The notes beneath the pieces were generated by a model that made no database searches, had not been told where the DNA came from, and was given only the letters and a program-made list of their open reading frames with translations. A stretch of 64,000 bases of DNA, taken from positions 121,091 to 185,090 of the forward strand of contig NMRA01000123.1 in assembly GCA_002633005.1 (NCBI GenBank), read 5' to 3'. Shown here in pieces: positions 10,801-45,330 of the stretch (positions are counted from its first letter, which is position 1; each line of letters begins with the position of its first letter). The stretch is from Phoronis australis (Eukaryota; Animalia; Phoronida). The translations under genes were made by a program, and so were the position numbers.

Positions 10801-13135
10801 AGTGCAAACCGAAACCTATTATGAAATTCTTACGTCGGTATCGTGTTTGAAAACATTTTTAATGTTCCTTTCCATACGTTTCGCAGAAATTTACTTCTGT
10901 TTTTTTTCCTGACCAGGTAACCCCTTTCAATACCTGTGGGTGCAGCAATATGGAAAAACCGATTAAATACATAGATGTCGTAGACGATATGGCTTAGTAG
11001 TTTTGAAAAAGCTTCCGAGAATATATATGTTTGGGATACTAAGAATTATAAATTTGTTAAAAATATTCTTTTCTACTTATCCCCTCTTTGAAGCCGTTTT
11101 TGTTTGCTGTCGGTACTTGAACAATAACTAGGCTTGTAGGACGTTCCTTTTCACATCGCGGAATTTGTTGCTTTCTTTATGGTCTCGTTCCAGCATCCGG
11201 GCCAGTCGGCTTCGTGCATGCCGAAAATCCAGCCATTAGGTTTCTGACTTCCAATTTGGACAGTCTATGAAATTATAAATGTTATGTCGTTACCCAACGG
11301 ACATCAATATGGAATTAAAAAGAATTATTGTAATTAAGAGGTCCAATCTGTACCCGTGTTGAAAGAGACAACCTTCGTTACTGAATGCCATGTTTCTGAT
11401 TCCTCATGAGCCAGCAGAGGTCGTAGCTGTATAACCTCTGCTATGGTGATAGTCGTGTTTCTTTAGTACTAAATTCAGAGTGTTGCCGATGTCTGGAAAA
11501 TATGAATAATTTGCTCTTTACATTCAAAAACGTGTGTTATTTTTGTGTGACTTCTAATGTTAGTTTCCTGCAGAAAGGTGCAATGAATTTGATTGAATGT
11601 GAAGAACTAGCTAACTCAAATGGACGCATAGTGTACAAGTAAGATAAATGTATTATTTGACTAAAAATGGAGTGGCTTCGGGTAGTCCTTAAAAGTGAGA
11701 CATCAGTGCTAAGAATCGTAAAAGGTGTGTTCTGCAGCAATTTGTTCATAAAAAAACGCGTTTTGCTGTTGAAACGATCGAAACGAGCAAACAAGTCGCA
11801 CGATTGTTTAAAGGGACATTGTCCGCCAGGTAAGCGATCGTTTTCTGCGGTCAGCCTCAGCCCGAAATCGAGCCTGGAACCGGCGTCCGGTGCTGCCGCA
11901 GTCCTTGTGCTCTGCTAGCGGCGTAAACCCCCGCTCGATTAATAGCCGCGTACTTAAATAGAAACCTCGTTCCAACCTCCAACTGGCGTTTCGCAAGCCT
12001 AAAATACAATCAAGTGACAATTGTTTGGAAATTCACGTGAGTTGGCTAACGTGATGGGGGTCGTATCGGCATTGCGCATTTACTACGAACTGACAATCGG
12101 CGCACTACACCCAGACTACCAAGCGGACAATAACACGAAGTTAAAAGTAAAATTTATTGTGATGGGGCAACTAATTTGTGCCCATGTTGAAAGGGAACAT
12201 ACTTTGCTGCTAAGTTACTTGACGTCATTTTACGACCAATCATGACCCACAACAGATCTGAGCTGTGTCAGTCGGCATGCGCACTGGTATCCTTTTTAGT
12301 CACTTGAAAAGTCTCTCGCTTTGAGTTTAGCAAATATCTGGCAGAATTAGCGATTTGTAATAGAATCACAAACAATAGTCCCCAAAACGCGACGCTGCCT
12401 TTTTAACGATAAACCACGTAATTATGGTAAAAGGTGATATATGCAGACTACACGTGCACTGCCTTTACAAAAACAATGATTTTTTGCGGTGTTGTTGACT
12501 TACAAGATAACAGGAAAGAAAAAATAATCTAGTAATTACCGCCTGACTCGCGAACGGTTGCGCCCACCCCGTTTGGTTCTTGTGTCTCGTAATGTTTTCT
12601 TAGTTTTTTGTATAGCTGTGTCTGTGTCGTTTTCATCTGTCCACGATGATTTACTGTTTATCGATGCACCGTTAAACGACACAATACTCGGCTCCCGAAC
12701 AACATGGCTCATGAACTCATATCTCCTGACTTCGTCTCACGTTTGCTAAAGTCTCATGTCTCAGTCTGGCTCATGCCCGCACTCTCAAAACACGGTTTTA
12801 ACGCAGTGCTTTCTGATAAGCACTGCTCATGGGCCGTGAACTCGGTTATAGAACCAGAAAACGTAACTCGCAGCAGTGCTTTAGGGTGTCGTCGCGGTGT
12901 GTTGGAAGTGTGGAGTCGAGTTGGTGAGTCAGTGAAACGAGTTTAGTCTCATACTAGTCCGTGAGTTGTGTTCATAGAAAATATAACACGATAATGGGCA
13001 GTCCTTACCGTGGCCAAAGGATTCTTCTAATGGGGGAACATCATTACCAAAATCATTGCCAAAATCTATTGGTCTGTTTCTGACACCAACTTCTAGTCTA
13101 TTTGCATTGGCATGACGTCACGATCAGCCACATGC

Positions 13136-13300
13136 TTTCTCCGGCCACCTTCAGGTGTTTTCTTAGAACTTACGGGAACAGCTGTATGGTACACTCATGG
13201 TGGTCAATCACCATGATCGTGTGTGCCACACACTCGCGCTCGTTTTCCTATGAAAATTGTAACACCTGAAGAAGGCCGTAGAAATGATCGACCAAAACGC
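13136..13300. repeat. Inverted repeat carrying CTGAAGA...AAAC hammerhead-like motif (possible Penelope-like remnant)
   Basis: tttctccggccaccttcaggtgtt (13136-13159) pairs with aacacctgaagaaggccgtagaaa (13261-13284), 21/24 matches. The family assignment is inference. Confidence 0.5.
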
Positions 13301-13324
13301 CTTGCCAACAAAAACGGCCGGACT

Positions 13325-13480
13325 CATGGGCGGATCCAGGATTTTGAGTTAGGGGGGCCAGGGTAGAGTATTAGCCAGGATTTTGCCTGTCAGACATTGG
13401 CACTCCCGAACTGCTCAATGGAATCTTGGAGAATTTTAGGGGGGGCATGGTCCCCTTGGCCCCCTCTAAATCCGTTTCTA
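13325..13480 (+). mobile_element. hAT-like MITE with 5-bp TSD (ggact)
   Basis: catgggcggatccagg...ctaaatccgtttcta flanked by ggact/ggact; homologous over its length to 49106-49252. Confidence 0.85.
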
Positions 13481-13947
13481 GGACTAGAGCTTGCTGTAAT
13501 TGGACCAACAGATTTCAGAATTGATGTTACCACACCAACATCTCAAACGAAGGTTTTGGAAAATATTTTCTGGGGGAAGGGTTCACAGATTTTCGGCTTG
13601 AAACTACGAACTAACCTTGATTTGTGCATGCTTGACGAAGTCTTCTGAATAAACTGGGACCCGTTTTACCAAAGATCTGAGTCCGGTCTTAACCAAAACG
13701 GTTGAATATAATTTTGCACACAGTTTTTTAACGTGTCTAGTGGAGGTTGAATGTTAAGTTTGAAAACGAAAAATTACACGATTTTACATCTGTAGCAATG
13801 TTTTCGCTCTTATAAAAATCATGGTCGCGTTTGTAATAACACACCTACAGATGTCTGAGCTACCACCGTACTTGCAATGAAGAGGATACCAGATATTCAT
13901 TATTACGTAATACTTTGATTTTTCTCGATTCTGTGTAATGTAAACTG

Positions 13948-14155
13948 ATTTTTGTATTGGAGAGAAACAAGCTAAAATAAGACGTGCTTAATTTGGATTA
14001 ATACACTGCACTGATACACTTAGGCGCAATTGTATCTATCACAAATGGGAAATATTTATAGAGGCTTGCAATAAATTATTATTTTTTGTATTGGAGAGAA
14101 ACAAACTAAAAGTAAGACGTGCTTAATTTTGATTAATACGCTACACTGATATACT
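13948..14155. repeat. Direct repeat pair (~73 bp; 13948-14020 and 14081-14155)
   Basis: tttttgtattggagagaaacaaRctaaaa.taagacgtgcttaattt.gattaatac.ct.cactgata.act occurs twice. Confidence 0.85.
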
Positions 14156-14182
14156 CAGTCATAACTGTATCCATCAGATATA

Positions 14183-14407
14183 TGTCTTATTACACCGCAA
14201 AGAATACAACTTTCACATGCCTTCCGATGTCTTATTGCATCGCATAGAATACTATGTTCACATGTCGTCTGATATCTTACTGCACCGCATAGAATATAAT
14301 GTTCACATGCTGTTCGATATTTTATTACATCGCATAGAATACAATGTTCACATGCCGTCCGATGTCTTATTATACCACATAGAAAACAATGTTCGCAAGC
14401 CGTTCGA
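14183..14407. repeat. Minisatellite, 5 x 45 bp
   Basis: Unit approx tgtcttattRcaYcgcatagaatacaatgttcacatgccgtYcga, head-to-tail with no spacers. Confidence 0.95.
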
Positions 14408-17131
14408 TGAGAAGGCACATCGGACGTTTGGTTCAGCGTCTGAACAAAAGTCTCACGAGAAAGGCAGACTTCTTGTCTGCCTTCATAGTCTACTTATTTA
14501 TTTAACCAAAACACTCAAATGTTCCAAAAAGTCATTAGCAGGATCCAATTAATGCGTGGCTTGCATTTTTAATAAACCATTATTTTTTTGTTCTGTCGGT
14601 AACATTGCAACACACAACATGTTGGATTGGCTAAAAGCCACATGATGGCGATGTAGATAACACATCAGTAACATTTGTACAGTGTACTGAGTAACCGGAA
14701 CGGCCGGTAAGATTATGTTCATGGTTTTCAAACACGGGCTCCGAGCGTTCGAGACGAAACAGATTTTTCGTAATTCTGTTAAATGGATCGTAAATAAACT
14801 TACCAATTAGAATCGCACTGGATTAATTAATTATATATCTGGCGTGCAAACACTGCGTCGCGGTCAAAGAACTTCCATTACGTCATCCACTTCCCGTCCG
14901 AATTAATGATATTTTGAATTGAATCGATGGCCAGTAATGAGTCAAAAGAGAGCAGTTTTTAACGATAAATTTGTTAAACTTTGCGAAATATGCCCGCGAA
15001 AGGTTACTCAAACAGTTATTTGATCAGAGTTGTGCGTTGTGTTTTTATAAAGGTGTGAAGATTCAGAGATTTCGGGTTGCAATAATGTCTGGGAAAGCGG
15101 CGTATATCATTTTTGACGTATTGCCTCTTGTGATAAGACGGTTGTTCGTTTCAGCGACAAACGGCCTGACGTAACCAAACTGGAACATATACGTTTGTAA
15201 CTTTTGATGACTCTTTGAAAGGTTGTAAGAAATAAAACTAAAGTCGAGATCCATCTGGAATAAAATGGATAAAGAGAAAAACGTAGACGGTGTAGACATA
15301 GTTCTTATTAAAGATCGGTAGGTGCTCTCTGCGTAAGTTAAATGCCAAGAACAATGGAAGTTACGTACTTTACACTCTGGCGAAACACGCAGACTCGGTA
15401 CGTTAGCATTTTATATCTGAACCGCCTACGGCTTTATCTATTTTATTCTAATGTTTCAGTCGTTTTCAGCAAGCAGCTGCTTACACCTTTATCGTGAGAT
15501 TCGTCCGTTTCCTTTCTTTATAATCTTAAGTCCACGTGACCGTTATTTGTAATGGTTCCGAGTGTGAATGTGTTCTGATCATTTTGGGACTTGGAATTCA
15601 TGTACCCATGCGATTGAAATGGACTCTAAAAAGCTTGGAAGGTAGATCCTATGAATCCAAAACGTGTTTGGAAGTGCAGATCAGCGTGAACACTGAGGCA
15701 GTGATATTTTCCCTATCAATTAAAGCGTCCGAGTCCTTTGCTCATTGAATGGTATCTGCCTATTTATTATCTTGCAACATTGACGCGGAAGGTCCTATGT
15801 AATTTGCTTGGTCAATGATAACGAAATTCCACCAAATGACGCATAAAATAAAATTAACCTGGAGATGGTGCGTAAGATATCGAAGGTGGCGTTTGTTTAT
15901 TGGTTACGTAAGAAGTCGAGACGCAGACAACTTCTTGTGGTACCCGATCTCTTTTCATTCAATAAGTAATTGGTGAGGCGAGTACTTGTCGAGTTACGGT
16001 TGCCACGTGTTTAGGTTTTGTGTCTTTGATTATCAGTTGTAAAATGAATTGCCGCTGTGACTTGAACATTTTGAATATATTTTTCATCTTTCAATTTATG
16101 TATTTTAAACGCAATAAGCAAAAGGTTATGATTGGAGACGGTTTACGCCCACTTTTGTTGTATTTTCAACATTTATCACGTGTTCTTATTCTCTATTCTG
16201 GCTGCAGCACAATACCACAGCTGAGACTGAATAGCTCCGATCTATTCTGAATCGTGATTGGCCAAAGAAATGACATCGAGTTACTTAGCAACGATGGTTG
16301 GCACTGCCAACAAGGGCATATACTGACACTCTCATCACAATGGTTGTCTTGTAGGTTTAATTTCAAGTTGGTGTCCGCAGGGTAACAGCTACACGTCGGA
16401 GTATCAACTCACGAGGTTACTCTTCAAATAAGGAACCCGATACCGTCAGGAACTTGACTTTTATTTTCATTTTGACAGAAGCCAAGTGTGTGCTGCATGC
16501 TGAAACTTGGCTATATGGTGTATTCCTAAAATCTTGCTTTCCTAGCGAGGTCCTATCATAATTGAACTCTACCCAAGTCTTACCATTCGAAACACCTCGG
16601 GTATTATTGTAGCCTCAAAATTGTCTTCGGAGGTGATCGTTATTTGCGCATGTGAGATTTTCAGTCATACGGCCACTAATTTTCGAGGTTGAAAGCCACA
16701 TGACCTGTCGTATGACTGAAACCCGCACATGCCCAGATAACGAGGTAGAGCCGGTAAACAAGCTGATTTTTATATTGCGGTCTATGGCGACCCAGCAATA
16801 AAATCCAGATCCCTCTTACAATAAACGAGTAAAAGTCGAAAACACTCCTTTGTAATAAATTTATTCCATCAGATGGAGCATATTGGAGGATCGTTTTGGA
16901 CACAAAAATTTCAGGTTGTTATGGCATTAATAATTATTTGCTATTGTTTTGGTGTTAAGGCTTAAAGATTCGTTTTTCTGTGTATAGATGGCTAACTGCA
17001 GTTTAAATACTGGCCCTGTCCTGGCCTTGCAAATTACCAGTTTGTGACCGACAGCATCGACATCTTACAACACTCTCCAAAATTAAGGTAGGTCTCTCAA
17101 AGACACTAAGTTTGCAACAATCCTGAATTAA

Positions 17132-17805
17132 TAAGAGACCTACTTGTTTATGGTCCACAGCGTTTGCGAGCGAAACCTACTTCTTTTTGTCATGCTTACT
17201 ACACTTTTTATATTTTGTACAATCAGTTCGTAACAAATTTGTTGTATTTAAAAATAGTCTTCAATTGCCCAAAAGACCAAAATCCGTTTTTTGTGTTGGC
17301 ATTGATGACGCAATTGCTTTGGAAATCGTCTTAAGTTAAGATTTGACAAAGAGAGAACTATAAGTTTCTGAGTGATTCACTAAGGCTTCGATTAAAATTC
17401 ACATCTTACCAGCAGCTTCTGTTTTTTCATCGTCACTCAGATTCCATTTTCTTTAAAAAATGAAGTAATTTTCTTCATTGCACAGTGAAGCAGACGACGG
17501 AAACGGAGTCGTGGTGCGCAGCGCCACTGCCGGTCGCCTGTGATATCGCGGGAGAGCCTATACTTAGCCATAGTTTCGTTACGATTGAACCGTGTTCCGA
17601 ATTTGACACTTGAAATTGGATCTGAGCCCCCCCCCAAACACACTAAAACTGCACACATTTAAAGCTTGTTTCCGCCGTATAATGTTAATTACCAGGGTTA
17701 ATTAATAAACTCAACATTTCCCTACGCTCTTGCTGTTTTATTTTTTTGTGGCAGCCAGGGGAGGGGGGAGGGCCCGGGCCCCCTGCCCCCCTAAATCAGC
17801 CTACG
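17132..17805 (-). mobile_element. Interspersed repeat (copy 2, inverted, with ~85-bp extra segment)
   Basis: Reverse complement of 6262-6863; the segment at about 17588-17673 is absent from copy 1. Confidence 0.85.
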
Positions 17806-20800
17806 AGAGAACAAGTCAATGCACCAAAGAGTTGTCCGACGAAAGTGTATAAGAGTTTTTTTTTCGGAAAACTAGGTTCGAAACATGAAAAGTAAAAGGA
17901 TGACCGAATTACGGCGATCGGTGGTTACGTATTAAGTATTATGCTTGTTAATTGTTGATAAAAATGTTTTCTACACGAACCAGTTCGTCTACTCTTATTG
18001 TTGACGAGTTGAAGATATATTCGATAGCATCGCATTTTGTTGTCATGTGCACTATCTGGTTAAATTTGTTAGATCAAGAATATTAACATCAAGCATAGCC
18101 TAGGTCCTGGAACTAACAGTTGATTTGTCATTGATCTGAAAGAATAATTGATGTTATTAAATATATTTTTATTAAAATAAAAAACTTGGCTCGTAATTGA
18201 AAATAAAAATTATTTGACCATCAATTCTTCTTTGTTGGTTTTAATAATTCTTACGTCTATTGCATGTGTTAGGTTTCAAATATCAATCTGGACCAAGTTG
18301 AATTTTAAAATTAAAACACCTAATTCGTTCGTCTAAAGCATAACTTCGTTTTAGAGCTCAATTTCAGTTAACGGGGCAGAGGAAGCATAGTTATGCTTTT
18401 TCAGGGGCCTCGTTCATCGGCCGAGGGGAAAGGTGCCTTCTGAGAGAGGAGATTTTTTTCGCCGAGTGAGGAAAATCTAGCTCCCGATCACCATCAATAG
18501 GACCCCCGCCCTGATGCAAGCTCTCATAAGCTATGTCTCAAGTAGCATTTTGTGCTCTTTCAAATTGTCACCTGTGTGGTTACAGATGATTTGAACTTCG
18601 GAGAGAAATTTTCAATCACTCGGCTTTTTTTAGGCCTCAGTCGCGGGGGAAATTTCGCGTATGTTTTAATATTATTGAGAGGGGAATAGAGCCGATATTC
18701 GGCTCCAAAATCGAGGGATTGAGGGCCCTGTCCTTTTTGGAAAGAAAAATGCAAAGAAATATGATCTAACATTTGGAAAGCATTCATAAACTTTACATGG
18801 ACATATTTTCCTTCGTCGCGGCCTATGGCAACTACCCAACGCTTCCGAATCTCAGCGACCTTAGCCGGAGATTGTAAAACAGACAGTTGAATGTCCGTAT
18901 TTTTCTTAGCCGTTCGTGCAACTATGCCGATAAACCAGCCGAGATATCGTAGCGAGCCTCGTTTTGGAACTCGCCTCCTATCGGCGTGAATATGGGTCTA
19001 TCGACGAGACCACGGTTTCGAGTTGGGCATGCGCAGCGCATGCGCAATAGCGTGGTAGAGAGCTAGATAAAAGACGTGCAGGTTTTCACATTATGACGAT
19101 AAAATGCATTCTATTTTCTATAGAATAACCTGCAACTGACGATAACAGCACTTGATTATATATTCAGTACGTAAATGTTGCGGGTTGGATGGACACAGAA
19201 ACTTTCGGATTATTTAGCCAATATCAGCTTTGCTGGTAAAACCGATGCAGGGGTAATTGGTGAAAGGAGCAACTTGCGAGTATAATGAAGTAAAATCTTT
19301 AGTTGAAATAACTTAAAGACTTGTATTTTCGTGGAATCGAAAACTTGAACTAGTAGTATAAATATTGGTCTTGGAGTGAACTTCGTGAAAACGTGGCCAA
19401 CTTTGTGATATGGCCATGTACAGGTTGTATTGGTAATAAAGCACGTGCCCATACATGCTTTACTTGAGAGATTATTTCGCGTCTAAAGCAAGGTCGGGTT
19501 GGTCAACATTACGCTGTAGGCATATCGAAAGTTATCGCACCACGTTTCAGTCCGTCAGAGGACAGATGTATTCTGTGGCCGTGCATTGTTATTGTTTATG
19601 TGTTGAAAAATCAATGGTTTTAGAAGATGTCTTGCAGATCAGAACAAACGGGCTTACATAATTCAAAACAAACAACATTTTGCACACTCACCTATTCCCC
19701 CGAACCATTGGTTCTTATAGGTTAACCAGATTCTAAGCCAACCGTCAATTCGTAAGGTTGTTTTAGTTGTACCACTCTGCATTTTATAGGAAACCACAAC
19801 TTAAAATTACGGCATCCGGCGAATGTCACTCGCAGTTGTAAACGTCTAGATGTCGTGACTAATGCTAACATCGACCGATAGGACCATGAAAAGTCCTTTT
19901 AGCAGCTTCCTGGCAACTTCCAGTGAAGGTCGTTGACGGTCCGGCAGGAGAAGATCAGATACCGCAACAGAGGTCGCTGCTTTCTTCTAGTATCTAATTA
20001 TGAAGATCATATAATTGACTTTTCGGTGAGAGGAATAGTGGATTCACTCGAAATCTTATCATTATTATCTGGGGGAGTACGCGACGACTCTGACCCTTCT
20101 ATTTTGAAGTTTTGTTGTTTTGTGTAATGATGTTGCCGTGCAGACGATACATAACCTGTAAAACGTCATGAGTACTAAGCATGAGGCGAGCATCGATGAA
20201 TAATGGTATGAAAACCCATCCTTTACAGCATCTCTCTTTCTCAAGTGACATAATAGACGTCATGGTCAGTCGGACAAGGTTTTCGTAATTCTTAACAAGT
20301 GTACACTGCGCTATGCATTTCTTACCTGGCGATTGTTATACTCGTATGCTTGATTCCGTATCAATAACAACTATTTTGACTTGTTTTCCCATGCAAGCTG
20401 TGAAGCCGAGAGCCAAATCAGTTAAGTAGTGCATGTAACCGAATGTCGGACCCAGGACCTTAATTATAACTCCACGGATTGTGAACCGTCTGCTGCACTC
20501 GTGGTATGTTTGAAACAAAAAAGCAGTTTTCAACGTTGACGTTGCTTTTGTCTCATTCCGAGAAAAATCATATGGTCGTCATTGTTAAGTATATTTTTTG
20601 CGTCCCACTTCAACATTCTACTTAAAAATCAGGTGTGCTTAGCGCTTCGGGCTGCTCCGTGACACAGGAATCACCACTCCATACAATTTCACACACTATA
20701 AAGTTCGGCTATTGTATTCCACCCGATGCTGTATTGTGAGAGAACGTCTGAATGAAATTTCAATTAACAGACGTGAAATAGGAAGATGTTACACTTTGTA

Positions 20801-21419
20801 ATGCGCAAATAACTTGAAAATCGAGTAATATTTCACCTTTCATAATCAATGATGCTCGGCCAGCATTTTCCTTCGTACGAAAGGTAAAATATACAGGAGT
20901 TATTAGAATAGCACAATGCGCACACGGAAGCGTAACATAATATGACACCTTTTTGTACGAACGTTGCTTTTGGACTAATGTTATGTCGTAAACTGTAAAA
21001 ACGCCAGAAATGAGATTTGCATGACCCGAGTTCATCGAAGAGGTGGAAAGGGGTTATCGATCAAACTTTATGCTCACCTTTCGCGGAAAAGGATACATAA
21101 TAACCCCAGAAGCCTGGGATTATAACTTGTGAACCATTCGGTCACATTACTCCAGATTAGAACAAACACTCGATATTGACGATTCTGTTTAGAGTAAAAG
21201 ACATCGTTTGTCCACATTTCTGGAATTCTGCTCTAGAGGAGAGGACACTTATTTCCAATACATCTTCAACCTTTCCTTGTAACATCAAGAATCTTACTGC
21301 GCCGCCTGTAGGCCTTCCACAAAAACCGCCCAAAAATTTTAAGAAATGTTGTTTGTCCTCTTGAATTGTGGGTGACACTGAGGAGAGTGTGACGTGCATG
21401 TGAAATGTTATCTGGAGTT

Positions 21420-22574
21420 ACTGTAAGAGTCTCGATTTATTTTTGTTTTCCTTTAATGCGTCTACAAGTACATCCGTTAGGTTACAAATAAATAACAAAA
21501 TATAGACGAAAAGTGCCCGCAACGGCTGTAGTCATAAATAGATTTTGTACAACAAGTAAAGTGACTTTTTTACAATCCTGGCGATCCACACGTACCGCCA
21601 GTCAACAGCTGTGATACATTTCTATGCGTTTACGTAAATATACACACACACTTCTCTCTGTTAGTAGTACGTACAATATTATGTTTTAGTACATTACGAA
21701 ACGTAACTAGTCGAGGCATAGGTACAGCATGCACGAATTCATAGACTATTCACTCTTGAATGGAAATTCCACCAAGGAACAGATAGCGACAAAAACACGT
21801 TGTTGAATGTTCTCAACGATGTCTAACCAAGTGCCAAGTAAACAAAATAAATAACTTTTATATAAAACAGAATTTGACACTCTAACACAAGGGTTTCATG
21901 TACAACAAGTTCGGCGTAAAGATGAGTCAGATACCAACTTCTCCACCGCCGTGTTAGAAAGCAATCGAACCATAATTCTTCTTTATTAGTTTTTAAAAGT
22001 TTAATCTCAAGACGTTTTTATACTATTCTAGTCCACGTTCCTCATGAATGTTTTGCGCGAATTTTGTTGACCTTTTCGCGACTAGAGATTCGTAGGATAT
22101 CTGCAATGGATTATGGGATACCTGGCGTGCGTTCAGTAGACGCTAGGACCTACGCTAGGACCTAGCCAAAAGCTAGTCAAGGTCACGTGCTCTTATTTAA
22201 AATACACGGCAATATCTCGCGTAATCTCGCAAAGTCTTGCTTTTAAGCTAGGTCCTAGCGTTACTGAACGGGAGGCTGTTTTCTATTAGAATGAAACCCA
22301 CCATTGAAACTATAGAATATAGCCCTGGCCAGGAAGATGTATATCTCACAATTCTCTAGCCATAAAAAGGTCAAAGTACATATAAACCGATATTGCACAC
22401 TATTGCTGACAAACACATCGCTCCCTGTTTTTATCAAGGCCATGCATATTCCTCTCATTTTAGCATGTTTCAGTTTCGTCACTTTTCAAAGAAACGGAGA
22501 CGCACTCTCGCCATATCAGTGAATGTATGTTGTCGGTATAATAGCTATCCTCAGGTAGATCAGTTATGGGGACT
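21420..22574 (-). other. Probable GATA 3' UTR with candidate polyadenylation signals
   Basis: Minus-strand AATAAA at 21436-21441 and 21982-21987. AU-rich UTR-type words (TATTTATTTGTAA, TGTACA, TATTTATG on the minus strand) cluster at 21480-21900. The exact 3' end is inferred. Confidence 0.5.
22125..22275. mobile_element. PIF/Harbinger-like MITE in the presumed GATA 3' UTR
   Basis: Inverted ends cgttcagta(g)acgctaggaccta / taggtcctagcgttactgaacg with ctg on both flanks; related copy at about 2205-2355. Confidence 0.75.
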
Positions 22575-44229
<21,655 letters not shown>

Positions 44230-44974
44230 CGACTATCCTTCTTTGCACTTGCGGAGTTACACTGAAAATATGTCATGTTTTAGTAAAACTAGATTTCAAT
44301 TATTGAGCAACATCCTCCTTGGTTTTCCGCACTGTATAAGTTCAATGGCGAAACATTGCCGTCACGAGGGCTGAATGATAAACCCCCACACCATGTGAAA
44401 ACGACGTCGCAAAATACATAAAAATCAACTTCCTTGTTTAGGAGAAGTGCATTGAAACTTCTATTCCAACTCCAAGATAGCCTATTACCGTTGTAGCTGT
44501 ATCAATCTTGTCTCTCATTCAAAACCTTTGCTCGATACAACTGATCGAATGATAGTGTTGACAAGATTAAATGATACGTCTAAAATTGAAATAGTGCACA
44601 AATTTAACTTGACTGGCTATGCTCTCAATTTAGGTATCACGCATGAATTGTATAAAATGAAAACTAAGATTTTAAGTGTGATAAACGCCTGTTTGTAAAG
44701 ATCGGCACGTTATCTGATCTCACAAGGCGTGTTTACAGATAGATCATCTCAACGATTAAACATGTAAAAATGTAGTTTGAAACTACAGGAAAATGATTTC
44801 GAATCAAGGAACTTTTCGGCACGAACATCGCAAGCAAGATTACTGTTTAATGAACGTTTGCATTTATAATCAACCCAATGTACGCGATGTAATCTCGTAC
44901 ACGTGCTTAAGTTAGTTAAACTAGCTATCTTGACTATGGCCTGTAGTGTCGGCTCCCGCAATGCACCGACTTAC

Positions 44975-45330
44975 CCACTGATAGAACTGGTGCGATTTGG
45001 TTAAAATAAAACTTTACGCCGGCGTAAACTACAGCTGAGACAACTTACCCGATTTCTTGGCCGAACTTGACTCGAATACACACTGCGCCGTTGACGGTAT
45101 TTTGTAAAATAAAAGTTAGTTAACGCTGTCCCCCTTTTCTGTATAGCGAGTTCATTTTGCCTGGCGCCGTTTTTGTCTAGCTCAATACACATTGCCGTCT
45201 CCACACCAATCGGAATTTGGCCAATCACGAGAGTTCTGTTATCGACCACTCGCTCGCAAGGTCGCGAATAGCATTGAAGTAACATGTAACTCGATTTCTG
45301 GTTGGACGATGCCTGATTGGTGGAATGAGA
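44975..45330 (-). promoter_or_regulatory. Candidate GATA proximal promoter and non-coding first exon
   Basis: Coding exon 1 begins at a splice acceptor, so an upstream exon is implied. Two G|GTAAGT donors (exon ends 44975 and 45049), an ATG-free stretch 5' of them, and CCAAT boxes at 45206, 45221 and 45316. TSS not directly visible. Confidence 0.5.

Noticed and set aside
14183-14407. CRISPR-like array or repeat-protein gene (ORFs 14155-14418, 14217-14552)
   Set aside because: Units are contiguous with no unique spacers, there are no cas genes and the context is eukaryotic. The ORFs arise because 45 is a multiple of 3.
20321-20335. CTTACCTGGC resembling the U1 snRNA 5' end
   Set aside because: No downstream U1 stem-loops or Sm site; just a donor-complementary word.
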